Assembly: GCA_963727485.1 (NCBI GenBank)
Contig: CAVSGM010000002.1
Span: 640,001 to 704,000 of the forward strand
From: an uncultured delta proteobacterium
Lineage (GTDB): Bacteria; Myxococcota; Myxococcia; SLRQ01
Reading direction: 5' to 3'
Length of the DNA: 64,000 nucleotides
Part shown: piece by piece, positions 33,333-47,797 of the stretch
Position numbering within the stretch: the stretch's first letter is position 1
Layout: each line of letters opens with the position of its first letter
Notes under the pieces: generated by a model
Told to the model about the DNA's origin: nothing
The model's input: only the letters and a program-made list of their open reading frames with translations
Databases searched by the model: none
Made by a program: the position numbers and the translations under genes

Positions 33333-36300
33333 GTGCGCCACAGAACCCGCGTCATCGCCCTCGGGACCGTCGTCCTCGGACTCGCCGTCACCCTCACCGG
33401 CTGCCCCCACTCGGGGGGCGGCGGGGGCGGCACGCAGCCCTGCGGCGGCGTCCCCGGCCCCTGCATCGACCTGGCGCCCTGGGCGGCCACCACCGGCACC
33501 GGCGCCACCGCGCGCCAGGCCGCCGCCGCCGACCTCATCGGCGGCGAGGCGGCCCAGGCGAGGGCCGGCGACTTCCTCCTCGCCAACGACCGCATCCGGG
33601 TCCTCGTCCAGGGCCAGGACCGGCACATCGGCCCGGCGCCCTACGGCGGCGACATCATCGACGCCGACCTGGTGCGCCCCGCCGGCGAGCCGGGCCGCGA
33701 CGCCTTCGGCGAGCTCTCGCTGCTGCTGGACTTCGGCCGCACCATGATGGTCGACGACGTCCGCGTCCTCGCCGACGGGAAGGACGGCGGCGCCGCGGTG
33801 CTGGCGGTCAGCGGCCACGACACGGTCAACGACTTCATCAACGTGCCGGTGATCCTGGGGAGCCTCCCCGGCGGGGTGGGCAAGCTCTGGCTCGACCCGG
33901 AGCAGGACCTGGGCCTGAAGATCACCGAGTTCTACGTCCTCAACCCCGGCGAGGACCGGGTGCGCATCGTCACCGCCCTGCGCAACGACGCCAAGCAGTC
34001 GGAGGTGCTCTCGGTGGGCGACCTGGTCGACCGCGGCGGCTGGGTGGACCTCTTCAACCCCGACCGGGCCACCGGCAGCCGCTTCGCCGCCCCCTCGATG
34101 CTCCCGGAGAGCGCCGACCACTACCTGGGCTTCGCCGCCCAGGACATCGCCTACGGCTACGCCCCGGTGGGCGTCGTCGGCGACGAGGGCGCGCCCAACG
34201 TGGCCCTCACCGTCGCCGGGATCACCGGGACCCTCCTCGGCGCCGAGAGCTTCTTCGACTTCACCGGCGACGCCCCGGTGCGCCCACCCCCGGGGGCCTA
34301 CGCCCTGGACCCGGGCAAGGTCCTCACCTTCGTCCGCGACTTCTACGTGGGTCGTGACCTGGCGGCCATCTCCGCCGACGTCGCCGAGCGCGAGGGCACG
34401 GCCACGGGCCAGGTGAGCGGCACCGTGACCCCGCCGGCGGGCATCGCCCTGCCCCCGCGCACCCGGGTCGCCGCCCTCGACGCCACCGGCCGCCCGGCGA
34501 CCGTGTTCTACGTGGAGGGCGGCAAGTACTCGGGGCGCCTCGCCGCCGGGGACTACCAGCTCGAGGTCGACGCCCCGGGTCACCCCTTCTCCGCGCGCCA
34601 GCAGGTCACCGTCACCGCCGGCGGCCAGCAGACCGTCAACCTCGCGGCCCCGCCCACCGCCACGGTGACGATCCACGTGCGCACCCCCGAAGGCGACCCC
34701 ACCCCCGCCAAGGCCACCTTCGTGTGCGCCGGCACCTGCCCCAAGAACCTCGCCGGCGAGGGCGGCGACTTCCGGGACACGGGCTTCGACCCGTTCCCGG
34801 CGAACGTCCAGGGGGTGTTCTTCGTGGGCCCCGAAGGCGACGCCACCGTCCGCGTCCCCCCGGGCGACTACCACCTGGTGGTGAGCCGGGGCGCCGAGTG
34901 GTCCACCTTCCCCGCCGACTGGCCCACCGGCACCTACGACCTCTCGCTCGCCGCCGGGGACACGCCCACCGTGGACGCGACGATCGCCCATGTCCTCGAC
35001 ACCACCGGCTGGATCTCCGCGGACCTCCACGTCCACGGCATCGACAGCCCCGACTCGCCGGTGCCGAACCTCGACCGGGTGCGGGCGTTCCTCGCCGAGG
35101 GCGCCGACGTCATCGTCGCCACCGACCACGACTACGTCACCGACTACGCGCCGTACATCCAGGACCTGAACGCGGGGAAGTTCATCGCCTCGGTCGTCGG
35201 CGACGAGATCACCACCTTCACCTGGGGCCACTTCAACGCCTTCCCCCTGAAGCCCGACCCCGCGAGCCTCAACGGCGGCGCCATCGACTGGGCCGGCGGC
35301 GCGGGCCCCACCCTCACCCCGGCCCAGCTCTTCGCCGCGGCGAGGGCCCACCCCGGCGCCGCCGACAAGGTGATCCAGGTGAACCACCCCCGGGGCCTCC
35401 AGGGCTACTTCACCGCCATCGGCCTCGACACCGCCACCGGCAAGACCGCCACCGACCCCACGACCTTCCGCATGCCCACGGATGGCGTGACCTCCGGCGA
35501 CACCCACCTGTTCAGCACCGACTTCACGGCGATGGAGATCTACAACGGGTGGTCCACCAGCGACTTCACCACCCGCACCGCCGACTGGTTCGCCTTCCTC
35601 GAGCGCGGGCTCACCCCCACCGCCACCGCCGTGAGCGACACCCACAAGTGGTACTCCAACGGCGTGGGGAGCCCCCGGTCGTGGGTGCACGTGGGCGCCG
35701 GCCACGACACCCCTGCGACCTTCGACGAGGCGGCGCTGGTCGCGGGCATCAACGACCACCACCTCATCGGCTCCAACGGGCCCTTCGTCACCGTGGAGGC
35801 CAAGGCCGGGAGCGCCACCGCCGGGGTGGGCGACCTGCTGAAGCTCCCCGCCCCGGGCACCGCCGTGACCCTCACGGTCACCGTCCAGGTGCCCACCTGG
35901 TTCTCCTTCGACACCATCGACCTCTACGCCAACGTCGACGGCACCGACTCGCGCCCCTACCACGAGCAGACGGCCCTCCCGGCGCCGAACCAGACGGTGA
36001 GCGTGGATCTCGCGAGCGAGACCCCGGTGGCCGGCGCCTTCCCCGGCGCCACCGCTGCCACGCCGTACAAGCGATACCTCGTGACCCGGAGCTTCACCGT
36101 GAGCCCCCAGGTGGACACCTGGTACGTGGTGGTGGTCCGGGGCACGAAGGGCGGCTTCCCGGTGCTGCTGTCGCCGGACGTCGGCGCCCTGGCCTTCACC
36201 AACCCGGTGTTCGTGGACGCCGACGGCGACGGGGCCTTCAAGGCGCCCAAGGTGATGCAGTGGCACGCGGGCCCGCCGGCGGTGGCCCCCGCGCCCCCGA

Positions 36301-36365
36301 GCACCCACCGGCGCCTGGACCAGCGCGACCTCGACTGGCTCGACGCCCGGATGGACAAGCCCTAG
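33333..36365 (+). CDS. Large lipoprotein with PHP-like (CehA/McbA-family) metallohydrolase domain
   Basis: GGAGG RBS before GTG 33333 and lipobox LTGC. DLHVH, ATDHD, GDEIT...GHFN, NHPR, SDTH metal-ligand motifs, SNGPF, FTNPVFVD.DGDG. Confidence 0.85.
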   Translation: MRHRTRVIALGTVVLGLAVTLTGCPHSGGGGGGTQPCGGVPGPCIDLAPWAATTGTGATARQAAAADLIGGEAAQARAGDFLLANDRIRVLVQGQDRHIGPAPYGGDIIDADLVRPAGEPGRDAFGELSLLLDFGRTMMVDDVRVLADGKDGGAAVLAVSGHDTVNDFINVPVILGSLPGGVGKLWLDPEQDLGLKITEFYVLNPGEDRVRIVTALRNDAKQSEVLSVGDLVDRGGWVDLFNPDRATGSRFAAPSMLPESADHYLGFAAQDIAYGYAPVGVVGDEGAPNVALTVAGITGTLLGAESFFDFTGDAPVRPPPGAYALDPGKVLTFVRDFYVGRDLAAISADVAEREGTATGQVSGTVTPPAGIALPPRTRVAALDATGRPATVFYVEGGKYSGRLAAGDYQLEVDAPGHPFSARQQVTVTAGGQQTVNLAAPPTATVTIHVRTPEGDPTPAKATFVCAGTCPKNLAGEGGDFRDTGFDPFPANVQGVFFVGPEGDATVRVPPGDYHLVVSRGAEWSTFPADWPTGTYDLSLAAGDTPTVDATIAHVLDTTGWISADLHVHGIDSPDSPVPNLDRVRAFLAEGADVIVATDHDYVTDYAPYIQDLNAGKFIASVVGDEITTFTWGHFNAFPLKPDPASLNGGAIDWAGGAGPTLTPAQLFAAARAHPGAADKVIQVNHPRGLQGYFTAIGLDTATGKTATDPTTFRMPTDGVTSGDTHLFSTDFTAMEIYNGWSTSDFTTRTADWFAFLERGLTPTATAVSDTHKWYSNGVGSPRSWVHVGAGHDTPATFDEAALVAGINDHHLIGSNGPFVTVEAKAGSATAGVGDLLKLPAPGTAVTLTVTVQVPTWFSFDTIDLYANVDGTDSRPYHEQTALPAPNQTVSVDLASETPVAGAFPGATAATPYKRYLVTRSFTVSPQVDTWYVVVVRGTKGGFPVLLSPDVGALAFTNPVFVDADGDGAFKAPKVMQWHAGPPAVAPAPPSTHRRLDQRDLDWLDARMDKP

Positions 36366-36382
36366 CCGGCCCGCGGGCGATC

Positions 36383-37566
36383 CTAACGCCCGCCGACCGC
36401 GCCGTCGCCGGTGAGCCGCGCCCGCTCCTCATCGGAGAAGCCCGCGGCCTCGAGGACCGCGTCGGTGTCGGCCCCGAGCCCCGGCGCCGGGCGCCTCGGC
36501 GCGCCCTCGCCCCCCACGAAGCGCACCGGCGTGGCCACCTGGGGCACCGGCCCGGCCACCGGGTCGTCGATCTCGAAGAACATCCCCCGGGCACGCAGCT
36601 GGTCGTCGGCGACGACGTCCTTGCCCTCGTGGACGGGCTCGCAGCAGCAGTCCTGGACCTCGAAGAAGGCGGTCCACTCGGCCTGGGTTCGCTCGGCGAA
36701 CACGCCGGCGACCTCGGCCTTCACCTTCGCCCCGCGCTCGCCCAGGGCCAGCCCGTCGGTCTTGAGGTCCTCGCGGCCCACCGCGGCGCAGAAGCGCTCC
36801 CAGAAGTGGGGCTCCAGCGCCCCCAGGCTCATGTAGCGCCCGTCCCGGGTGCGGTAGACGTGGTAGCAGGGGTAGCCGCCGTTGAGCGGCGCCTCGCCCC
36901 GGCGCAGGGGCTGGCCAGCGAGGCCCGCGGCGAGGTGCATGGTCATGAAGCCCAGCGCCCCGTCGGTCATGGAGACGTCGATCCACGCCCCCTCGCCGCC
37001 GCGCTCCCGGGCATGGAGCGCCGCGAGGATGCCCACCACCGCCGGGTAGCTCCCGCCGCCCACGTCGCCCACCTGCACCCCGGGCATCACCGGGGGACCG
37101 CCGGCCTCGCCGGTGAACCCGAGGACCCCGGCGCGGCCGATGTAGTTGAGATCGTGCCCCGCCCGGTCCCGGAGCGGCCCGTCCTGCCCGTACCCGGAGA
37201 TGGAGCAGAGGATCACCGAGGGGCACACGGCCTTCAGCGCCTCGTACCCGAGCCCCAGCCGGTCCATGACCCCGGGGCGGAACGACTCCAGGACCACGTC
37301 GTAGCCCGAGGCCACCAGGCGCTTGACCACGCCGGCGCCCTCGGGGTGCTTGAGGTTCACGCCGAGCGACCGCTTGTTGCGGTTCAGGGCGTGGAAGAGC
37401 GCCGAGTGGGGCCCCACCATCGGCGGCATCCACCGCGCGTAGTCCCCCCCGCCGGGTCCTCCACCTTCACCACGTCCGCGCCGAGATCGGCGAGGATGAG
37501 GGAGGCATAGGGCCCGGGGAGGAGCCGCGAGAGGTCCAGGACCTTCAGGCCCTCGAGGGGGCGCAC
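36383..37566 (-). CDS. CaiB/BaiF family III CoA-transferase / alpha-methylacyl-CoA racemase-like (frameshift in G run near 37445)
   Basis: [18 protein letters not shown]...[45 protein letters not shown]. Confidence 0.9.
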
Positions 37567-37576
37567 CGCGGACGCC

Positions 37577-37900
37577 CTAGCCGAGGACGTCGCCGAGCTT
37601 GAGGGCGAGGCTCATGTCGCCCTCGACCCGGAGCTTGCCCGACATGAACGCCATCTGGGGGTTCAGCTTCCCGCTGACGATGTCCATGAAGTCCGCGTCC
37701 TTGACGATGACCGTGCACTTGGCGTTCGGGTCCTCGCCCTCTTCACACGCGAGCTTGGTCAGATCGAGGACCCAGGTCCCGCCGTCGTCGCCCTCGATGT
37801 TGAACTGGTAGATGGTGTTGATGGCCTTGGCCGCGTCGGGCTCCTCCTCCATCCACTCGACGACGTCTTCCTCGAAGTACTCCCGTGGGGTGTCCGCCAT
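37577..37900 (-). CDS. SCP2 sterol/lipid-binding domain protein
   Basis: [38 protein letters not shown]. Confidence 0.93.
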   Translation of the reverse strand: MADTPREYFEEDVVEWMEEEPDAAKAINTIYQFNIEGDDGGTWVLDLTKLACEEGEDPNAKCTVIVKDADFMDIVSGKLNPQMAFMSGKLRVEGDMSLALKLGDVLG

Positions 37901-37930
37901 GGAATTCTTCCTTTGTTTCAGTGGGTTGGG

Positions 37931-37972
37931 AGTTCGACTGACACTTCAATCAACTCAGGCGGGAAGCTAGCA
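37931..37972 (-). promoter_or_regulatory. Extended -10 promoter and palindromic operator upstream of the SCP2/CoA-transferase genes
   Basis: TGC-TAGCTT on the minus strand (TAGCTT at 37969-37964). Near-palindrome AGTT(C)GACTGA-CACT-TCAATC-AACT at 37931-37955 in an AT-rich gap. Confidence 0.55.
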
Positions 37973-37983
37973 CCCGCCTCCGC

Positions 37984-39993
37984 CTAGCGCAACAGCTCCT
38001 GCGCCGCCCGGGAGCCCACGTCGAAGGAGATCACCGCCCCGCTGGCGGTGTAGGGCACGTAGAGGCGCCCGCTGCGCCACCCCGTCCCCGTGGGCGTCAC
38101 CGTGGGCTGCCCGGGGACGAAGGCCCCGACGATCTGCAGGCTCCGGGTGTCGACGGAGGCGATCACCGGGTCGAGCCCGGAGCTGACCTCGAGCTTCCGG
38201 GTGGCCCCGTCGGACATCTTGCTCGGGTCGTTGTCGCTGGCGAGGGTGAACACGAAGTCGGGCCCGAGGTAGAGGGGGCTGGTCACCAGGAACCGGGACC
38301 CGTCCCAGCGGAAGGTCTCCCCCGGGGTCAGCCGCCACACCTTGGAGAGGTCGGTGGCGCTCAAGGTGTAGCCGCTGGCGGTCACCGAGTAGACGAAGGG
38401 CTCGGAGAAGCACGCGCGGGTGGGCAGGGGATCGCCGTTCGCCTGGGGGGCGAGGGTGATGTGCCCGAGGGCCCCGTCCACGGCGACGATGTCGTAGGTG
38501 GGGTCGCCGCCGGTGTAGGCGTCGCAGCCGCTGGGGACGGTGGCCCCGTGCCAGCTGGTGATGGTGAGCACGTCCCCGGCCCGGACCCGGTCTCCGAGGT
38601 CGGGCACCGGGGTCAGGGGCACCACATAGGCCTGCCCGCCGCCGGCGACCAGGCGCCCGAGGACGGTGTCCTGCTGGGGGAGCTTGGCCTTCCAGCCGAT
38701 GGTCCAGGTCCGGGACCGGGTGACCCCGGCGGTGGTGGTGACCACCGGGATGCTCGGCTTGCTCAGGGGATCCTTGGGCGAGTACTGGGGGTTCGGCCGG
38801 GTGACCACCACCGGGGCGCTGTAGTCGATGGCGTCGGTGGCGTAGCCCGAGGCGTTGAGCGCGTTTACCGCCGGGATCACGGTGACCGTGGGGTTGGCCC
38901 GGAGGTCCGCGTCCTTGTCCACCGGCAGCATGTGGTAGCCGTCGACGTAGGCGATGGAGCCGTTCACCAGGGGCACCATGATCAGGATCGGCACGTTGGC
39001 CGTGCGCTGGTTCTTGATCGGCCCGATGACGGTGTTGATGGACACCTGCACCATGCTCTCGGCGGCCATGGAGACCGGCACCTCGGGGAGGGTCACCGGC
39101 AGCACCTTGCCGTCGTAGAAGAGCGGGTGCGCCACCGTCCCCTGGGCCACGTCGAAGGCCACCAGGGCCGGGCTGTCGGCGGCGATGCCGTAGACGTAGG
39201 CGCCGGCGGGGAGCTGCGCCGGGGCGTCCGGGTCGTCGAGGACCGGGGAGGCGATGAGCTCGCTCAAGGCCAGCCCCGAGTCCACCGAGGTGATGGCGCC
39301 GCTCGAGAGGTCCACGCGCACCACCTGGGGGGACGAGAGGTCGGAGACCCAGGCCTCGAGGCTCCCCGAGGCGTCGGTGATCGCCAGGCCGCCGGGGTCG
39401 ATGCCGGGGACCGGGACCTCGCTGGTGACCGTGGCCACCGTGGCCGTGTCGGCCACCGCGCCGGTGGGCGCCAGGACCGCCGCGGTCGGGGTCACGGTGA
39501 CCACCTCCGGCGGGGTGCTCCCGTCATCGGCGCCCGCGACCAGGGCGTAGATGGTGGTCCCGTCGGCGCCGATCCGGAGCTGGAGGGGCCGACCGGGCAG
39601 CGGCACCGGCGCGCCGATGGCCTGCAGGGCCGTCCCATCCACGAAGCGGAGCTGGCTGTCGAGGCTCGACCCGGAGATCACCAGGGGCCGGTCACCCGTC
39701 TGGTCGATCTTGGCGAGGGTCGTGGGCCGCCGCAGGGTGGGGATGACCAGGGGGAACATGGGGTTCGGCGCCCGCAGGAAGGTGTCGTAGTCGGTGGAGC
39801 CGCGGACGATGTCCACCACCTGCAGGCCGTCGGAGGACAGGGAGGCCACGAAGAGGTGGCCCCCGAGGGTCACCACCGCCGAGGGCTGCTTCACCGACGA
39901 GGGCGGCGCCGGCTTGGCGGACTGGGCGCATCCGGCACCGAGGAGGAGGACCGGGAGGACGAGGGCCAGGGCGAGCCGTCGGGGGCGGTTCAT
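37984..39993 (-). CDS. Hypothetical lipoprotein, beta-rich (propeller-like N-half)
   Basis: Lipobox GAGC. Coding-like codon pattern. ATGA overlap with the upstream gene. Confidence 0.7.
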   Translation of the reverse strand: MNRPRRLALALVLPVLLLGAGCAQSAKPAPPSSVKQPSAVVTLGGHLFVASLSSDGLQVVDIVRGSTDYDTFLRAPNPMFPLVIPTLRRPTTLAKIDQTGDRPLVISGSSLDSQLRFVDGTALQAIGAPVPLPGRPLQLRIGADGTTIYALVAGADDGSTPPEVVTVTPTAAVLAPTGAVADTATVATVTSEVPVPGIDPGGLAITDASGSLEAWVSDLSSPQVVRVDLSSGAITSVDSGLALSELIASPVLDDPDAPAQLPAGAYVYGIAADSPALVAFDVAQGTVAHPLFYDGKVLPVTLPEVPVSMAAESMVQVSINTVIGPIKNQRTANVPILIMVPLVNGSIAYVDGYHMLPVDKDADLRANPTVTVIPAVNALNASGYATDAIDYSAPVVVTRPNPQYSPKDPLSKPSIPVVTTTAGVTRSRTWTIGWKAKLPQQDTVLGRLVAGGGQAYVVPLTPVPDLGDRVRAGDVLTITSWHGATVPSGCDAYTGGDPTYDIVAVDGALGHITLAPQANGDPLPTRACFSEPFVYSVTASGYTLSATDLSKVWRLTPGETFRWDGSRFLVTSPLYLGPDFVFTLASDNDPSKMSDGATRKLEVSSGLDPVIASVDTRSLQIVGAFVPGQPTVTPTGTGWRSGRLYVPYTASGAVISFDVGSRAAQELLR

Positions 39994-41375
39994 TGCGCCT
40001 CCGGAGTGGTGACCACCGCGCGTACCGCCGCGGCGTCGACGTTGGCGAGGTCGGGGATGTCCACGGCGGTGAGCCGGCTGTCCGAGGCGCTGCTCACCCA
40101 GATGCGGGCGCCGCTGGTGCCCAGGGGCTCGGCGATGACCCCAAAGGGCTGGTCCCCCACGTCCGAGGCGGGGACGCGGCCGGTGAGCTGGCGGCTCCCC
40201 TGGGGGCAGACGTCGGAGGCCTTGGGGCAGTCGGTGCCGTCGAGGACCGCCAGCACCCGCCCGGGGACCGGGTCGACGATGGCCAGGGAGCGGCCCGACG
40301 ACGAGGTGACGGCGACCAGATCGCCGCCGGCGCCGGGGATGACCGCCATCCGCGAGGGGGCTCCGGGGAGGGGCACGATGCTCTTGAGGGTGAGGTCCTT
40401 GGCGGTGGTCCCGCCCACCGCGTAGACCACCAGGACCGGCGGCGACTGGGCCACCGCGTAGAGCAGGCTCCCGTCGGAGGAGAAGCGCACCCCGGTGGCC
40501 AGGGACGACCCGGTCTCGGCGGCGATGGCGATCTCCGGGGGGTTGAAGGCGGTGCCCAGGCTGTCGGGCTCGAAGGAGCGGAGGTCGGCGGAGTTGAGGA
40601 CCCCGAACTGGGCGCGCCCCGCCGAGAACACCGTGCCGCCCCAGGGAGCCTCGACCATGTCGTGGATGGCCAGGCCCAGGGAGGCCACCTGCACCGCGCC
40701 GGGGCTCGAGACCGGGAGCCGGGCCCCGTAGACCCCCTGGGTGCCCCTGGGCTGGTTGGGGTCGATGGGCTGGGCGCTGATGCCGCCGACGATGACCTGG
40801 TCGCCGGTGACGACCACCGAGAACGGGTCGGCCATGGTGTGGCCGCCGGGGGTGAGGAGGGTGACCTCCCGGCCCCGGCAGTCGGCGAGGCCCTGGGCCC
40901 CGAAGGCCGACCAGCACCCGAGGTGCCCGTCGGCGGTGGCGTCGACCACCGTGACCACCCCACCCTCGCGCACGGAGCTGGTGGGCTTGGTGTCGCCGCC
41001 GCGGATGGGCACGAAGAGGCGGGCGCCGCCGCCGGAGCGGGGCGCCACGCCCACCAGGCCGCCGAGGGGCGCGATGTCCACGCCGCCGACGAAGGGGACC
41101 TCGGTGATCTTGGCGATCTGGCCCGAGGGGCTGGCGTCGACCTTGGCGTCGAGGGCCGCGAGGTCGATGGCCTGGAGGGCCCCGGAGGCGTAGGCGAGGT
41201 CGAAGTCGGTGCCCACGACGTAGAGGGTGCGGCCGTCGGGGCTGGTGGCCATCGCCGAGGGCCACCGAAGGGCCGTCACGGGCTGGGGGGTCACGTTGGC
41301 GCTCGAGCCACAGCCGGCCAGGCAGGCCGCCGCGGCCCCGAGGAGCGAAAGCAGGATGGGTCGGGTGCGAGGCAT
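39990..41375 (-). CDS. YncE-like beta-propeller lipoprotein
   Basis: Lipobox LAGC. Blade motifs P.AMA.SPDGRTLYV, FSSDGSLLYAV, VGDQPFGV. Confidence 0.75.
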   Translation of the reverse strand: MPRTRPILLSLLGAAAACLAGCGSSANVTPQPVTALRWPSAMATSPDGRTLYVVGTDFDLAYASGALQAIDLAALDAKVDASPSGQIAKITEVPFVGGVDIAPLGGLVGVAPRSGGGARLFVPIRGGDTKPTSSVREGGVVTVVDATADGHLGCWSAFGAQGLADCRGREVTLLTPGGHTMADPFSVVVTGDQVIVGGISAQPIDPNQPRGTQGVYGARLPVSSPGAVQVASLGLAIHDMVEAPWGGTVFSAGRAQFGVLNSADLRSFEPDSLGTAFNPPEIAIAAETGSSLATGVRFSSDGSLLYAVAQSPPVLVVYAVGGTTAKDLTLKSIVPLPGAPSRMAVIPGAGGDLVAVTSSSGRSLAIVDPVPGRVLAVLDGTDCPKASDVCPQGSRQLTGRVPASDVGDQPFGVIAEPLGTSGARIWVSSASDSRLTAVDIPDLANVDAAAVRAVVTTPEAQ

Positions 41376-41474
41376 CGGGGCCGAGAGCCTACACGCGACC
41401 GGCCCTCGGGTCACCCTTGGCGCGGACCCGCCGGCGCCCCGCCCGTTGGGGGCGGGGCGAAGCGCCCCTGTCGG

Positions 41475-44447
<2,973 letters not shown>

Positions 44448-44466
44448 GCTTGGAACCCCTTTCGGA

Positions 44467-46559
44467 TCACCCTGCTTGTTGGATCTGCGAGAAGTCAGCG
44501 ATCCGTGTAAACAGAATCCGCGATGCCCGCAAGGAGGAGGAGGCGGTTGTCACGCACCTTCGCGTCCTCGGCCATCACCAGCACCGCGTCGAAGAACCCG
44601 GCCACGGCCTCCCGGAGGGTCGCCATCTCCTGGAGCGCCGCGTCGTAGTCGTGCTCGGCCAGCGCCCGCTCGACCTTCTCGCGCACCGCCATCCCCTGCT
44701 TCCACAGGATCTTCTCCGAGTCGTCCTCGAAGAGGTCGGCGTCAATCTCCTTGGCGTCGATGGCCGGGGCCTTGGCGACGATGTTCCCCGCCCGGGTGAA
44801 CGCCTCGGCCAGGGGCTGGAAGTCCGGGAGGGCCTTCATCCTGGACAGGGCCTCCACCCGCTGCCAGGCGGAGAGGACGTCGTCGAAGCCCGCGGAGAGC
44901 ACCGCCTCCACCACGTCCGGGGCGTGCTGCTCGGCCCAGAGGTGGCGCAGGCGGGTGCGGAAGAAGGCCTTGACCGCCTGGTGGACCTCGTCGGCGGGGA
45001 CGGTGAGGGCGTCGCCGAAGAGGGCCAGGGCCTGGTCGAGGGTGGCCGAGAGGGGCAGGCGGTAGCCCCGGGCCAGGGCGATGTGCACCACCCCGAGACA
45101 GGCCCGGCGCAGGCCGAAGGGATCGGCGGCGCCCGAGGGCGACTTGCCGATGCCGAAGATGCCCACCAGGGTGTCGAGGCGGTCGGCGAGGCCCACCAGG
45201 GCGCCCTCGTCGGTCTCGGGGAGGCGGTCGCCGGCGCCCCGGGGGAGGTAGTGCTCCTCGATGCCCTTCGCCACGGCCTCGGGCTCGCCGGCGGCCTCGG
45301 CGTAGTAGCGCCCCATGACCCCCTGGAGGTCCGGGAACTCGCCGACCATCTCGGCGGTGAGGTCGGCCTTGGCCAACGTCGCGGTGCGGCCCACGGTGGC
45401 GTGCCGGGCCTCGAGGCCGAGCTGGTTGGCGAGCCACAGGGCCAGCGCCCGGACCCGCTCCACCTTGGCGCCGAGGCTCCCGAGCTGGCGCTGGAACACG
45501 ATGGCGTCGAGGGCGGGGACCCGCTCCTCCAGCGGCCGGCGCAGGTCGTTCTGGTAGAAGTACCGGGCGTCGGCCAGCCGCGCGGCCAGCACCCGCTCGT
45601 AGCCCCGGCGGGAGAGCGCCGGGTCGTTGACCGGGGTGTTGCTCAGGGCCACGAAGTGGGGCACCAGCTTGCCGGTGGCGCTGTCCTCGACGCTGAAGTA
45701 GCGCTGGTGCTGGCGCATCTCCGAGACCAGGACCTCCGGGGGGAGCTCGAGGTACGCCGGGTCGAAGCCCCCGAGGACGGCCACCGGCCACTCCACCAAA
45801 TCGGTGACCTCGTCGAGGAGGGCCGGGTCGGCGCGCAGCCGCCAGTCGGGGCTGGCGGCGCGGACGGCCTCCTCGGCGAGGGTGTGGACCCGGTGGCGCC
45901 GCGCCTCGACGTCGGCGAGGACGTGGGCCGCTTCCAGGGCCTCGAGGTAGGCGGCGGGGCTCTTCAGGGAGACGGGCCTGGGGTCCATGAACCGGTGGCC
46001 CCGGGTCTTCCGGCCGCTGTCCACGGTGCCGAAGCGCACCGGGAGCACCTTCCCGCCGAGGAGCGCCACGATCCAGTGGACCGGCCGGGCGAAGGTGGCG
46101 TCGCCGTCGCCCCAGCGCATGGACTTCTTGAAGGGGAGCGTGCGCACCAGCTTCTCGAGGAGCTCGGGGAGGACCGCCTCGGCGGGGCGCCCGGTCTCGT
46201 CGACCTTGGCGGCGACGTAGGCGCCCTTCTCGGTGTCCACCACCTCCAGGGCCTCGACGGGGACGCCCTGCCCCCGGGCGAAGCCCTCGGCGGCCCGGGT
46301 GGGCTTGCCCTCGGCGTCGAAGGCGGCCTTGGCCGGGGGCCCGGTGACCACCTTGGACAGGTCGGGCTGCCTCGGCGGCACGCCCTGGGCCATGACCGCC
46401 AGCCGCCTCGGGGTGCCGTAGACGTGGACCTCACCGTGCTCGAGGCGCGCCGTGTCGAGGGCGGCCTCGAGGCCGGCCTTCAGGTCGGCGAGGGCGGTGG
46501 GGAGGAAGGCTGCGGGGAGATGCCTCAGTCCCAATCTCGAGGAGGAGGTCCTTGGCCAT
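44467..46559 (-). CDS. glyS: Glycine-tRNA ligase beta subunit (two apparent +1 frameshifts, near 46522 and near 44515)
   Basis: MAKDLLLEIGTE-[shift]-LPA, TPRRL, KSMRWG, EFPDLQGVMG, DPFGLRR, NRL.LL-[shift]-ADFSQI. Restored stop TGA at 44467-44469. Confidence 0.95.
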
Positions 46560-46653
46560 CGGTGCGTCGCCCCAAAGTTGGATGGGCCCGCGTCACTGGC
46601 GGGTCCGTGCGTGTCGAGAGAAGTGGCGCCGGCGCGTGGGCGGCGCCGGCCCG

Positions 46654-47574
<921 letters not shown>

Positions 47575-47596
47575 GGCTCTCCCGGGAGGGTGCGAG

Positions 47597-47625
47597 AGGC
47601 TACCGGCGGCCGGAGGGGGTGTCAA
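47597..47625 (-). promoter_or_regulatory. Sigma70 promoter of glyQ-glyS-ppdK
   Basis: Minus strand reads TTGACA, 17-bp spacer, TAGCCT, about 22 nt before the glyQ ATG. Confidence 0.75.
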
Positions 47626-47797
47626 GCGGGCGTCACCTGCCGGTCGCGGGGGGCCGGTACACCGGGGCGGGCGGAAAATTCCCGCGGGGCGTTCACCTCC
47701 CCCGCTTCGGTGACTAGGATGCCCGCACTTTCGCCGTGGCACCCAGTCAACACACCTCGACCGACCTCGAGAACCCCGATCCCCGTTAGGAGCCGTC

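Noticed and set aside
17401..37566. Pseudogenisation of tolC, the esterase, the second RND permease and the CoA-transferase
   Set aside because: Each break is a single-base indel in a homopolymer or GATCC site, with no nonsense decay elsewhere. Sequencing error is more parsimonious.
44467..46559. glyS as a pseudogene or programmed frameshift
   Set aside because: The gene is essential and otherwise intact, there is no slippery sequence, and the indels match the window-wide error pattern.
47575..47797. T-box or glycine riboswitch upstream of glyQ
   Set aside because: The promoter lies about 22 nt from the start codon, leaving no leader, and no T-box consensus is present.
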